A stretch of 63,622 nucleotides of DNA, counting the filler, from Dirinaria sp. TL-2023a (Eukaryota): NCBI GenBank assembly GCA_051941275.1. It is 26 parts of 26 records of this genome, joined end to end, with 100 filler letters (N's around TTAATTAATTAA, not from the genome) between each part and the next. Parts side by side here need not be neighbours in the genome. Positions count along the whole stretch, not along the records: positions 12,424 to 14,798 come from JAVEBF010002301.1; positions 14,899 to 17,272 come from JAVEBF010002302.1; positions 17,373 to 19,745 come from JAVEBF010002303.1; positions 19,846 to 22,213 come from JAVEBF010002304.1; positions 22,314 to 24,673 come from JAVEBF010002305.1; positions 24,774 to 27,131 come from JAVEBF010002306.1; 20 more parts are not named here. The stretch is one strand, 5' to 3'. How positions within the stretch are numbered: the first letter of the stretch is position 1; every line of letters begins with the position of its first letter. This document shows positions 12,643-24,808 of this stretch, one piece after another. The notes beneath the pieces are model-generated. The model did no database searches. It worked only from the letters and a program-made list of their open reading frames with translations, and was not told the DNA's origin. Both the position numbers and the translations under genes were made by a program.

Positions 12643-13121
12643 CTATTGGTGTATCATGATTTCGGAACACGATAATGGCGTCATCCTTGATTCTTTGCTC
12701 TCGTCGCAGCATGATGAGGCTGCAGATATGCATGGGTAAAAGATCAGGTGACCTCTGACGTATCTCTGCTCACAAGGCTGGGCTTACCAGGCTGAAGTGT
12801 GCTGACGCCTACCCACCTCTTGTCCTTGCACCTTTCATCTACATCATCTTTCATGTATCGAGCCGTTCATCACCAGTGCCAATACATCGACAACAGGCTC
12901 TAGTTGTGAGCTGCGAGGTAAAAGAGATACCTACGGTATCATGGCACTTTTTGGAAGCTAATGCTCTCTAGTCCGGAAACGATAAAGCCTTGTTTTATCT
13001 TTCGCAGTGGGAAGAGCTGCGGAGAAATCTGTTTCCGCGGACTTTTTGAAGTTCAAAGCGGACAGGACTTGGAGTGATAAAACCTAGATACTCCAGAGTG
13101 CCTCATATACTCGTGCCTATC

Positions 13122-14798
13122 ATGGTTATCTTACTTGAAGATCGATTAGAAGTAAGTATTGGTTAATGAACTGTTGAACGCACTAATGATATATTTTAAG
13201 AGACGGGACAAGCATTTAGAAGTAGTAGGTATCGACTGATCTAATGAATTCACTGCTAATCGTATACTAATTCCTGACCTAAAGCTCTTTGGTCAGTCGG
13301 TAAGTAGTGATCACTGATCTAGCAAACGCATTATTAATATATCGAAAGATATGTATTCGGCTTCGGGCCTATGTAAGTAGTGATCACTGATCTAGCAAAC
13401 GCATTATTAATATATCGAAAGCAAATTGATCTGCTTCGGGCCTATGTAAGTAGTGATGTCTGATCTGGCAAACGCATTGTTAATATACAATAGGAAATTG
13501 TGTATGGAGGAATAGTAGGAGGGCAGCAGAGAGGAGAGCCCGGAAAGACTTCAATATCAAATCGCAGTCCACTGCGAACCGTTAGCGACAATCCCAAGGG
13601 CAAGATTTCAAAGTCCAAACGCGGTCTTGCCAGCTTCGTCAATGGCGCACGGCTCTCCGTAATTGCGGATACGGGTGCGACCAAGAATTTTATATCGAAA
13701 GAGTATGCAGAAGAGCGGCAAATGGTTATGGAAAAAACGCCCTACTCGTTCCAGCTGGGAAATTCCAGCGTCGTCAAATCAATGGGTACGGTCGTGGTTG
13801 ATTATGCATTCGCAGAGGAGCCGTCGAAGATATACAAGCTCGTTTGCCACGTTCTTCCGCAGTGTGCCTATGATCTGATTCTCGGCAACGCCTTTCTTGT
13901 TGACACAGAGACGCTATCTAAACATCGACGCCGCTTGACTGAATGTCTTTTTTCGGTCGTCAACATGTTTCACTTCAATTTTCTGGGCAATGATTGTCAC
14001 TTGCTCAAAGGGAGATTAGACGATCAGTACCCTGCCTATGCTCTCCCGGATACCGGCGCTGAAAGGAATGTTATGGACTTGACGTATGTATCCCATACGC
14101 ATAGGCCGTTCAATATTTGGAAAAGGTTGCTAATTAGTCTTGCATGATAGCTTTGCCCTGCAGCATGGCCTTAAAGTTCGTCAAGAGTCAAGGCATCGTG
14201 GCTGCCTACAGTTTGCGGATGGCACGATCCAGGAAACAGTCGGCAAGGTACACACCTACTGGACATTTGATTCAGGCGATAGAATTCCAATCACCTTCGA
14301 AATCCTGGAAAACTGCTGTCACGATGTCATACTTGGAGAGGATGTTCTCTGGAATCATGACGTCTTTAGTCTCCATACAGCTTCAATGATCATTGCCGCA
14401 CAAATGGATGTGCTTGACAGACTAGCGCCATTCAGATATGAGCGAAGGTTGGAAAAGTTTTTCGGTAAAGGAGAAGCCGAAGGTGGGCCCCCTGAACCAT
14501 ACTTTGCAGAGCATAGGCTGAACCCGACAGGCGAGAACGCTGATCCTCAGCCGACAGCTATGGAAGTCAGAGCAGCTGAGGAGGAGCGACGGCGACACTG
14601 GGATCACAAATACGGCTTCGATGGAGCCAAAGCCACTACAGTGGAGCGAGTCGCTGAAGAAGCTCGTCGAGCGCGTTACGAAGCAGATATAGGACGTTCC
14701 CGACATCCACTAGTTCCCAGTATTCCAACTGCAAGTACTATAGGGCCATATAACGAAGCGCATCGGCCGTTGAGTCAGAGCCCGCAAACAAGTCAGAA
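13122..14798 (+). CDS. Aspartic protease with two tandem retropepsin-like domains and an N-terminal micro-exon array (3'-truncated)
   Basis: Two D-T-G motifs (IADTGATKNFIS, LPDTGAERNVMD), each followed by a D-L/V-ILG loop. Exons 13122-13151, 13201-13224, 13285-13299, 13349-13372, 13422-13445, 13494-14083, 14151-end all join in frame. Confidence 0.8.
13300..13493 (+). repeat. 73-bp tandem repeat, about 2.7 copies (49-nt intron + 24-nt exon)
   Basis: GTAAGTAGTGATCACTGATCTAGCAAACGCATTATTAATATATCGAAAG at 13300 and 13373; diverged copy at 13446. Confidence 0.95.
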
Positions 14799-14898
14799 NN
14801 NNNNNNNNNNNNNNNNNNNNNNNNNNNNNNNNNNNNNNNNNNTTAATTAATTAANNNNNNNNNNNNNNNNNNNNNNNNNNNNNNNNNNNNNNNNNNNN

Positions 14899-17272
14899 TC
14901 TTCTTGCTAATATTGGGAATCCGGAGTTCATTGGAATATCGCCATTAGCTATCCACGAAGAAATAAACAGTCCGGGAAGACGGGTGACCAAGGTACCTGC
15001 TTCTTCTAGTCCACCAAAAGCGAAAGAAATCACTCTGCTCATGGTGTCCACACCATTGGCAACCGAACAAGTAGTCCAAGTGGGTATAATGGCCTCGACA
15101 AAACACTACTTTCAGACTAAATCGCGGCTGCTGATTGAAGGTGATCTCATACCTGTGACGTTTGACATCGAGGCCAGTAGAATGCTAGCTGGAAACTCTA
15201 CAGCCTCTGACGTGGATGCACAGGTGCCGGACCTACTTTCGTTGTCTTTGGAGGGCAGACAAAGGAGCGGCGGCTTGGGCCTTGCTTGGTTTCGTGTCGC
15301 AAAAGTCGTGGCTACCGATTCTCAGGACAATAACATTTCACCTGATATATGGGGAGGTGCCGTGTATATGGACCCCTCTGTTACGCGAACTATCCAGGCG
15401 GGTAATGAACGATGTAAATTACCATCCTCAGAAAGCGGCCTCGAGTATTACCTTGGGTTGAAGCCCGCTCCCAAGCCACTTCCATCCACAGATGTTGTTG
15501 GACGAGCTATCAAACGAGTTCCTAAAACCTACATTTCGCCGCTGCGGCGCCGTCTGCGAGAACTCATAGCTGCAGCAACTAGCCCTCGAGCGATCCACTT
15601 CCGTGTAGATCCAGTCGTCATACTCCTGCATTCTAGCCAAAGGAATGTGGGCAAGGCAACCATTGCCACTCAATCAGTATCTGACCTGGGTCTGCACGCC
15701 TTCAAAATCGACGCATATGACATTCTCACCGAAGGTAGCGCAGGCGGCGACGTGAAGACGGAAGGGATATTCCAAGCCCGCGTCGAGCGAGCTCTCACGT
15801 GCGGAGCGCAGTACACTGCTATCATTATCCGGCATATCGAAGCACTGACTGCCTCACGCATGATCAGCGCCCTCAAAGATGCCATATCCTCGTCTCGAGC
15901 TTTAATTGCTACCACCTCTGATATCGAAAACCTCCCTGAATCTCTTCGTAGTATCTTTACGCACGAGCTTGAACTGCCCGCTCCGGACGAAGGTGAGCGA
16001 GAAGGTCTCCTTCACAATATCATCCTTGACCGTGGCCTGCGTCTCTGCCCATCTGTCGATATTGCATCCGTAGCGCTCAAATCCGCCGCTCTGGTTGCCG
16101 GCGATCTAGTAGACGTAGTCGACCGTGCAGTCACCGCCCGCCAAATTCGCCTGGAAACGCTTCTGGCATCTAATGCTCCCTCTAACAGTCAGGTATTAAT
16201 CCGAGACATCCTCCTCACAGGGGATCAGTCCGTGCACAGCTTGACATCTTCCGACTTCGATTCCGCTCTGACCACTGCGCGCAAATCATTTGCTGCCAGC
16301 ATCGGCGCCCCCAAAATCCCTTCCGTTGCTTGGTCGGACGTTGGCGGCCTGGCTCACATCAAAGACTCGATCATCGAAACAATCCAACTCCCACTGACTC
16401 GTCCGGAGCTCTTTTCGCGCGGGATGAAAAAACGCTCGGGAATCCTCTTCTACGGACCCCCGGGCACGGGAAAGACGCTCCTCGCCAAAGCCATCGCAAC
16501 CGAATTCTCGCTCAATTTCTTCTCCGTCAAAGGACCGGAGCTGTTGAACATGTACATCGGCGAATCGGAAGCCAACGTACGCCGGGTATTCCAAAAGGCG
16601 CGCGACGCCCGACCGTGTGTGGTGTTCTTCGACGAACTCGACTCCGTGGCGCCGAAACGCGGCAACCAAGGTGACAGCGGCGGCGTCATGGACCGGATCG
16701 TCTCGCAGCTCCTCGCCGAGCTGGACGGGATGTCGGACAGCGAGGACGGCGCGCAGCAGCGGGGCGGCGTCTTCGTCATCGGAGCCACCAATCGCCCGGA
16801 CCTGCTCGATCAGGCCCTCCTCCGCTCAGGCCGCTTCGACAAAATGCTCTACCTCGGCATCCCGGACACGCACGAGAAACAACTCACCATCCTCCAAGCC
16901 CTGACCCGCAAATTCTCCCTCGCAGCCGATTGCAGCCTCGACAGAGTCGTCGCCTCGCTCCCTTTCACGTACACGGGCGCCGATCTCTACGCGCTTGCTT
17001 CGGACGCCATGATCAAAGCCATCACTCGCAAAGCGGACGCCGTGGATGCGAAGATCAAAGCCTTCCCCGGGGGAGAAGTCAGCAAAGCATATTTCTTCGA
17101 CCATCTAGCCACGGAAGACGATATCAGTGTCACGGTGACGGAAGCGGATTTCGAGATCGCGAGAAAGAGCCTCGTGGGCAGTGTCAGTGCCAAGGAATTG
17201 GAGCATTATCAGCGCGTTAGAAACGCGTTTGAGGGGAATGAGTTTGGAAGGAGGGAGGAGAGGAAAGGGAAC
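14899..17272 (+). CDS. PEX6: Peroxisomal AAA ATPase peroxin-6 (truncated at both ends)
   Basis: SIGAPKIPSVAWSDVGGL, GMKKRSGILFYGPPGTGKT, FFDELDSVAPKRGNQGDSGGVMDRIVSQLLAELDGM; degenerate D1 Walker A. Confidence 0.97.
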
Positions 17273-17372
17273 NNNNNNNNNNNNNNNNNNNNNNNNNNNN
17301 NNNNNNNNNNNNNNNNTTAATTAATTAANNNNNNNNNNNNNNNNNNNNNNNNNNNNNNNNNNNNNNNNNNNN

Positions 17373-19745
17373 ATCTAAACTCAAGTCTCTTATCTGCTAA
17401 CGATATTACAATATGTTTAGCGAAAATTCTTCAATAAATCTCTCACAGAACGTGTTAAATCGCTCTCGATCTCGAACATCGAAGAAAGATCACAAAAATC
17501 AACAGTCTCGATCATAGTTCGTGTCAATGTTTTCATCAAAAACATTAATGATCATCGATCAAAACTGAGACTCGAATAAAAAAAATCAACTCTTCACATT
17601 CATTTTCGTTCAACTCTCGATTCAACTCTTCGTCTTCAACTTTACTCAGTATTTCTCATACTTCATTGAATCGAAGAATAGCGACGAATTTATGCTGATC
17701 GAAAACTCTCATGAGTCGACACGAAAAATATTAACATCATCGATTCATTTCGCTGATGAGCTGTTAAATCGCATGAACAGTAATTCAATTACGTGATATC
17801 AAGTCATTCTGAGCGAAACAGCTCGAGTATTGATAGTTTACAATATTATCAACAATCACGAGAAAATTATTAAAAATCAAAAACGAGTCTACGCGTCATT
17901 GAATGACGAGAAAATCGTTCTTGAAACAAGTCTAAAGAATAAAAAACAAAATTTGAAGACAGCAAACGAAACAATAAATCGTTTTCGTCGTCGTCGAGAC
18001 GTTTTTCAAAACGAAATAAAAAAAGTGCGAGAAAATTGAGCAAAACTGAATCGTCAATATCTAAAACTTCAAAATCATTATAAAACGTTTCAGAACGATC
18101 GAGAGAAGAAAAAACAAAGATTATGCGTTATCTTTCGCTCAATCTTGATTACGACAGCAATGAAGAGAGTCAAAAAATTTCTCAATCCTGTCATTTTCGC
18201 ATTTCACAACTCATTTTTTCTAACTTTTTGTTAAACGATCACGCTCATTCAAATCAAACTTCACTGAGTATCGCGTATCAAACTCATCGTTCGAAACAAA
18301 ACATCGAAACGTCAGAACATTTTTCACATAACTCATGTTACTCAGACGTCGAGAAATTCAAAAAAGATCTCATCAAATGAAAAACATGACGACTAATTTT
18401 GATTATCAAATTCAAACGTAATTGAGTCGATTTCACGACAAAGATCTCAAAAATCAAATACGCTCGCGATCACTGCGACGACTCAGTTTACATCGTTATT
18501 GAACGTCGAGCAGACGTAAATGATCTCGAAAATTATCAAACTCTGAAAAAGTTTCTGCAGAATCTGAAAATGAGTTTTGATCTTCGAGACAGAAAAGTCA
18601 TAACTCTGAACGAAGTCTTCAACTCACGATTTCGTATGAGAATTTGAGTTTTTAATGAAATTTACGATGAGTTTATCACTCGACTTAACAACAATTTTTC
18701 GTTTTTGAGTTTCGATAACGACATGAAAAAACGAGTTCTCAAAAATACATTCACTAAATCCCTTTCTCAGAAAACGAATAAACTACTTAATACATTGTCA
18801 TATAATGAAATAATGACGCAACTGCGAACGATCGAGCGCGAATCTAAACGCATGAACGACATTCGTATCATTGAGAGATCGTTCGTCGCTAAAATTTTCG
18901 AGTCTCGTTAAGAACAGAAACAACTCACGTGAAAATCGTTTAAACTCAATATAAGATCGCTCAAAAAATCAACGTCACGACTCAAACGTTTTTAAGATTT
19001 TCTCAAAACTCTGAAAATTATTTTTGTGCAACAAACTCAATATTACGATTGCGAAGAGAAAAGTCATAAATTTAATCAGAACGACGCATCGTGCAAAAAT
19101 AAAGAATCACTGAACGCTGAACAAATGACTGTCAAACTCAATCGAGATGATGAAAAGATAAATTTGACAATGATGAATGTTGATTTTGAGTCAGACGAGT
19201 CTCTCTCGAAAAACGACGATGAGTTCGAAAATGACTTCGATTCGAAAAACGAGTAAACTCTGACGAAAATCGTTGTCAGAGACAAATACAGTTCTTAATA
19301 CGCGAACGAATCGATGAGCTGAAACGCGATCTACGCTTGAGCGATTTACAGCTAAAAGACTTCTTAAATGATCTCGAAAATTATCAAACTCTGAAAAAGT
19401 TTCTGCAGAATCTAAAAATGAGTTTTGATCTTCGAGACAGAAAAGTCATAGCTCTGAACGAAGTCTTCAACTCACGATTTCGTATGAGAATTTGAGTTTT
19501 TAATAAAATTTACGATGAGTTTATCACTCGACTCAACAACAATTTTTCGTTTTTGAGTTTCGATAACGACATGAAAAAACGAGTTCTCAAAAATACATTC
19601 ACTAAATCGCTTTGTCAGAAAACAAATAAACTACTTAATACATTGCCATATGATGAAATAATGACGCAACTGCGAACGATCGAGCGCGAATCTAAACGCA
19701 TGAACGACATTCGTATCATTGAGAGATCGTTCGTCGCTAAAATTT
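17373..19745 (+). mobile_element. Heavily mutated (RIP-like) AT-rich retrotransposon relic, gag-like region
   Basis: AT-rich and nearly free of CC/GG; stop-riddled coiled-coil ORF remnants; decayed zinc-knuckle-like YDCEEKSH near 19040-19070; internal duplication 18517-18897 / 19365-19745. Confidence 0.65.
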
Positions 19746-19999
19746 NNNNNNNNNNNNNNNNNNNNNNNNNNNNNNNNNNNNNNNNNNNNTTAATTAATTA
19801 ANNNNNNNNNNNNNNNNNNNNNNNNNNNNNNNNNNNNNNNNNNNNTAGAAGCGGGGGAGAAGGGGGATGGAGATGTGGGTGTCAGTTCGGTTTGAACCTA
19901 AGGTAGATATGGTAACGTCGCTATCTACCTAAGGTACTCCGTATCTGTAAGGTAAGGTACATGACCTTACCTTACACTCCATCTCTTATGACTTCTGCA

Positions 20000-21500
20000 G
20001 GCGCTAAGACTAGCTTTTCGCCTTGACAAACTACCCAAAGGACATTTACAACCCGACAGAGTATCTTGTGAAGCCCGAAACGGGTTAGCGAGTACCCTCT
20101 TTCCTTTTCTACGTACAATAAGAGACCCTCCCATTTTCATGACTTATTCGGCGCTAACAGCATTTGTGACTGCATTTTCCCTCGAACGTCTACCCGATAG
20201 ATGTTTACAACCCGACAGAGCACAGTGTGAAGCTCGAAAGCGGTTAGCTTTGCGCTATGTTTCTTCTATCGTTCTAAGATACATATTTTACCTTAGATAC
20301 GAAGATACTCTTCACTTTTATGAATTTAATAGACGCGAACAGCACTAAGACCCGGCATACTTTATCTTCTGATACTCTTTTCGAGCACGCTGCAGATGTT
20401 CATGCTCACTTTATCAGACGACAACTTTGCTCGATGTTATTCGTCCGAGCAGATTTGAGCACTTTGCATGAACCCGTAAGCTGCTCTTCACACCTACGAT
20501 TACGAGAAATCGTACTCGCTGCGTATCACATATCTTGTATCAGAGCTCAAAGTACTCAAGTTCTGCAATGAAGAGCTCCCTGAATATGACGCAAGTCGAC
20601 TTTGTAGCGACAGGGACAATGATTTCGATTCGAATTCGGATCCACGGTTCTCCCTACAGAGAAACACCTTTTGCGAACATTTGCGTGATGACCATGTTCT
20701 ACGCACAGCACCGCAGATCAGCGGCTCACATGCAGTCCTATGACACTTTTGACATGACGGTCCTGGCCACTCTGTGATGACAGAAATCATGGATTGAATT
20801 CGAGGATGATTCCTGATCTCTGATCTTTTGAAGGCAATCCAATGATTCTCACTACAGAGCCTGACCATGTTGCATGGGCAGCCACTATGGCATTTCGATC
20901 TACCATTTCGATGACAGCCTGGAACTACCTCACATATTCCGTTTTTCTGGCGCTTGGATTATTGCACACTATATTTGCAATCTCTTGAGACTCATCACGG
21001 GAATCTCAGATGTTTCTCATGACCCTCGGTGATCATAATCCGTCTTCTTCATGTAAAATGAATGTCTGGTCAATTTTTGATCAGATATGTGGTTTCATTC
21101 TTGACAAGAGCTGACTCTAATCACTGACCATCAATTGATGAAAGCTTTCGACTTCTTTAAAGATCTCAAATTTGGTGAAATTGATTTGCGCTCAAATGGC
21201 CGTACGAGAATAGGATTAATCAGAAAATTCTCACAAATCGTGTTATTTCTGAAGAAGCCAGATACCATGATCTTTGGCACTCAAATTTCGCAGCGGAAAT
21301 TGCAGCTCTCTGGTCTATGGCTATCAGAAAGCTTATCACGCTCAGTGATAGCGAGAATCAGCAGCCGAAGCTATTGTTCGAAGTGAACGAACGTAGCTCA
21401 ACTCCCTACAAGAGCGGCATCAGATTGGTACTAAATCCCACGTGGAGGTATTTCAGACTTAGCCGTACTAACGAACAGCCTATGAGAGTGTGCCTTCTCA
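20000..21500 (+). pseudogene. Degenerate coding-like region of unknown family
   Basis: Coding-like frames broken by TGA/TAA stops, e.g. ...FALKWPYENRINQKIL...LWSMAIRKLITLSDS. No recognisable domain. Confidence 0.25.
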
Positions 21501-23397
21501 GTCAAGCAACTGGCTGCTTGAATATCGGCACTTTTCGCACTTTGATCACGTTATTACAAGGTTTATTCTCGACTTCTATCTCTCCAAATTATACAGTTTC
21601 TCATAGGATGATCGTCCTTGCGAATGAACTGACACCTTCTCCAAAACAGAACTACGGCTCTGTCAAGTACGAGTACCTGCAATAGCCTGAACGACAACTC
21701 TGATCTACTGGCGGCCGGCGACCCACTTGGGCCGGTTGCGGACTTCGTGACTTGTTTTCCAAAGCGAGTCCTCTTTGAAAAGCCTTACATTCATTTACAC
21801 GTCCACATACTTAGAGTATTTGCTTTAGTTCTGGCTTTAACAGAACAAAGCATTACTGACTACAGCTCCCAAGTCACTCACCTCTTTACCTTTACCACGT
21901 CAAATGCTGCCCAAACCATGCTCAACAAAGGCTTCTAGGCATTGTAACCTGATTCGAGCCCTAAAGCCTCATTGAAAACCTTTGTCGAAAGCCACAGTGC
22001 TGGCGAAGTATTATTCAAGGAAAATACCCTCAAACCCAGCAGCCTGATGGTTATTTGCCACCATCCACAAACACAATCACCAAACCCATCAATTCGCACC
22101 ACACGAAACCCAGCAACTCAATTCATCAAACCCCTCTCACAAGTTAAAAAAATAAAAATAAAAAAAATCACTTCCCAACGAGCAAACACTCCCCCTCACC
22201 AAACCTATCATTCNNNNNNNNNNNNNNNNNNNNNNNNNNNNNNNNNNNNNNNNNNNNTTAATTAATTAANNNNNNNNNNNNNNNNNNNNNNNNNNNNNNN
22301 NNNNNNNNNNNNNACACATGAAAGAATGGAAGCTGAGAGAGAGAGACTGAGACATGCGCGCTGCCTCCATCATCCTGCGTCCCCAGCTCGTAAGTCGTAA
22401 CTCGTAATCCACCCTCCCCAATTTAGGCCCCATCTTGGGCTACGGCCAGCGGTACAGACGTGCTGGATCGTACTTCGTCTTGCTTGCAGCAGCAGCGAAC
22501 CCAACGCCGGCACTTGCCCCTCCCAAGTCCATGGATCAATCAGCGTGGGGGAGAGAGGAAAAAAGCCTGGGCGATAATGCGATCACTGGCGCACCCACGA
22601 GAATAATGCTAACAATAACGCACATGGCGAGAGAAGCGAGGGTCGAGTTCCGAGTCGGAGTTGTCGAGGCAAGTCTACGAGACTACGATCGCGCGCACAC
22701 AAAGAGCCCTACTTGGCCTACTGGGCCTACTGGGCCTACTGGCGCCATGTGGAGCGCTCGTCACTACTACCTTTTAGTTCCGTCAACGTTCCAAGCCAGC
22801 CGAGGGCCTTGTTTTATGCTCCTCTCCCATCCACTCGAGCCATTCTTTTGTTTCTCCCAGAGGCCAATTGTGCACCTTCTTCTGGCCAATGGCACGTGCG
22901 GCACACCCTCCACAGCCTTTGTTTCCCCCTTCCCTCATCCCCCCCTCAGCATAATCTGCCAATCCTTACAGATATGGCGCAAGTATATAGAGGCGCAAGC
23001 TCTCCCCCCCAGCCCTCTCCTTCCGCTCTCTCCATCATTCCTTCAGTGTTCCGCGAGGCTTTTGTGGCTCTCCTGTCCTTTTTGATCTTGGCGCAACTTG
23101 TTTGCCCAACGTTCCTTACTCGGCTCTTCCCTTCGACTCCGAACCAAGCCTATTCTCCCTCTGTGAGGCGTGTGAGGCGAGTGGAAAGTCGTATATATCC
23201 ACGTTCCCTGTCACAAAATCTTCTCACTCTCTGTCCCTCTCTCTCTCTCTCTTCACGAGCCCGCCAAAAGCCAAAAGGAGCAGTTCTTTATCGGTCCTCG
23301 GACCATCAATTGACCATCAGTGTTATACACCTGCTTACCTCAAGCACCCACAATCATTCGACGATTGAATACTATAAACTCACCGGATCTTTGCAAG

Positions 23398-24138
23398 ATG
23401 TATTTCTTTGAACCCCTTTCGGCATTAGCCACCCTTGTTTTCTTCGCCGCCCAAGTGGCAGGCCAAAGTGACCAGGGAGTCACCAACTTTGGAGATTCGG
23501 ATCCCCTGATCACCTTCACGAACAGCGGCGGCGCGGACCGGACCTATCTCGTCGAAGGCAATTCCGACAACCCCGGTACCGCCTACGGCGGCGGCCAATC
23601 TCCTCTTCCGACGCTGACTGTCCCCGCTGGCAGCACGGTCAACTTCCACCCCGGTGTCGGATTCATCGGCGCATTCTCTGGTCTCGACGGCCAGGGCACG
23701 CGCCACGAGATCAACTTCCGCGATCCATCAGTGACGTGGTACAACGCCGATATGCAATTCGGCATGTCCAACTCCACCTTCGGCACCACGGACGGCTCGA
23801 AGCGCATGGATGGTGGCGACCCTCTGGCCGGTGAGCAGGACTGCCTCGCGAAGGCCAACTCGGTTTGGGGCAGCGTCGATGAAGGCACTCAACAAAACCT
23901 CATCGACTCCGGTTTCCTGGAAGGAACCACTGGGCCCAACGGCCAGCTCACCTCCGTCGCAATGGGCACAAAAGCGCCGGCCGCTGTTGTCGACTTTTAC
24001 CAACTGACCGCCGAGTTCAACGGCTACATCGACGCTGGGTCCGTCCAAGGAAGCAGCACCGACGCTGCCGCGGCCGCAGCTGACAAGTTTTCGTACAGCG
24101 TTTCGACCAACAAACTCACCATCACCGCCTACGACTGA
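23398..24138 (+). CDS. Secreted acidic Gly/Thr-rich protein (246 aa), possibly distant thaumatin/Bys1-like beta fold
   Basis: Signal peptide MYFFEPLSALATLVFFAAQVAG; strong C-ending codon bias; ITFTN and TRHEINF...TWYNADMQFGMS. Confidence 0.75.
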   Translation: MYFFEPLSALATLVFFAAQVAGQSDQGVTNFGDSDPLITFTNSGGADRTYLVEGNSDNPGTAYGGGQSPLPTLTVPAGSTVNFHPGVGFIGAFSGLDGQGTRHEINFRDPSVTWYNADMQFGMSNSTFGTTDGSKRMDGGDPLAGEQDCLAKANSVWGSVDEGTQQNLIDSGFLEGTTGPNGQLTSVAMGTKAPAAVVDFYQLTAEFNGYIDAGSVQGSSTDAAAAAADKFSYSVSTNKLTITAYD

Positions 24139-24773
24139 TTCGATAGCGAGCGACCAGGCGCGCCTCCTGCGGAGGTGATGCTGTTTTGTGGGTTTATTCA
24201 CTGGTTTTTGGCCATCTTTGACGAAGTTCACGCAATTATACGATCAAATGTGCGGTGGCGGCGCTGGATGCCGGTCAACTTAGGCTTTCTTTTCCGCAAG
24301 AGCTAAACGGGAAGTCTGGGCAGCCCCAGCATACCTTAGGGTACGAGTACGCGGGTACGCTGGAGCGTATTTTTTCGGGGGACTTTGGGAAGATACCACC
24401 TTTTTTCTAGACTGGAAAGAACTTTTGGACAAATTATGAGATATGAAGTGGCTTTCGCAAGCACATAGATATGTTTTTTTGTTTTTTAACCTTTTTTTCT
24501 TTCTTTCGTTGTACATAGTTTTTCACACCCTTCTTTTTGGATCTTTCTATCACTTGATAGAATGACCAGCTGGAAAATACAAACACTCGTTCAAATTCCG
24601 ATTCGAAAGTCCCAAATTAAAAAAAATCGAGAGTTCACATACCTAGGTACCTCAATTGGACACCACCTTCTTCNNNNNNNNNNNNNNNNNNNNNNNNNNN
24701 NNNNNNNNNNNNNNNNNTTAATTAATTAANNNNNNNNNNNNNNNNNNNNNNNNNNNNNNNNNNNNNNNNNNNN

Positions 24774-24808
<35 letters not shown>

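Noticed and set aside
15620..15680. Broken Walker A in the first AAA domain of PEX6
   Set aside because: A degenerate D1 domain is normal for Pex6.
16286..17220. Many overlapping antisense and alternate-frame ORFs within PEX6 (also in the CENP-B-like and phytase genes)
   Set aside because: Expected shadow ORFs of GC-rich coding DNA.
22435..23411. ORFs of 216 and 232 aa upstream of the secreted gene, with a GGCCTACTG triple repeat
   Set aside because: Non-ATG starts, CT-rich promoter/UTR composition and no domain signal.
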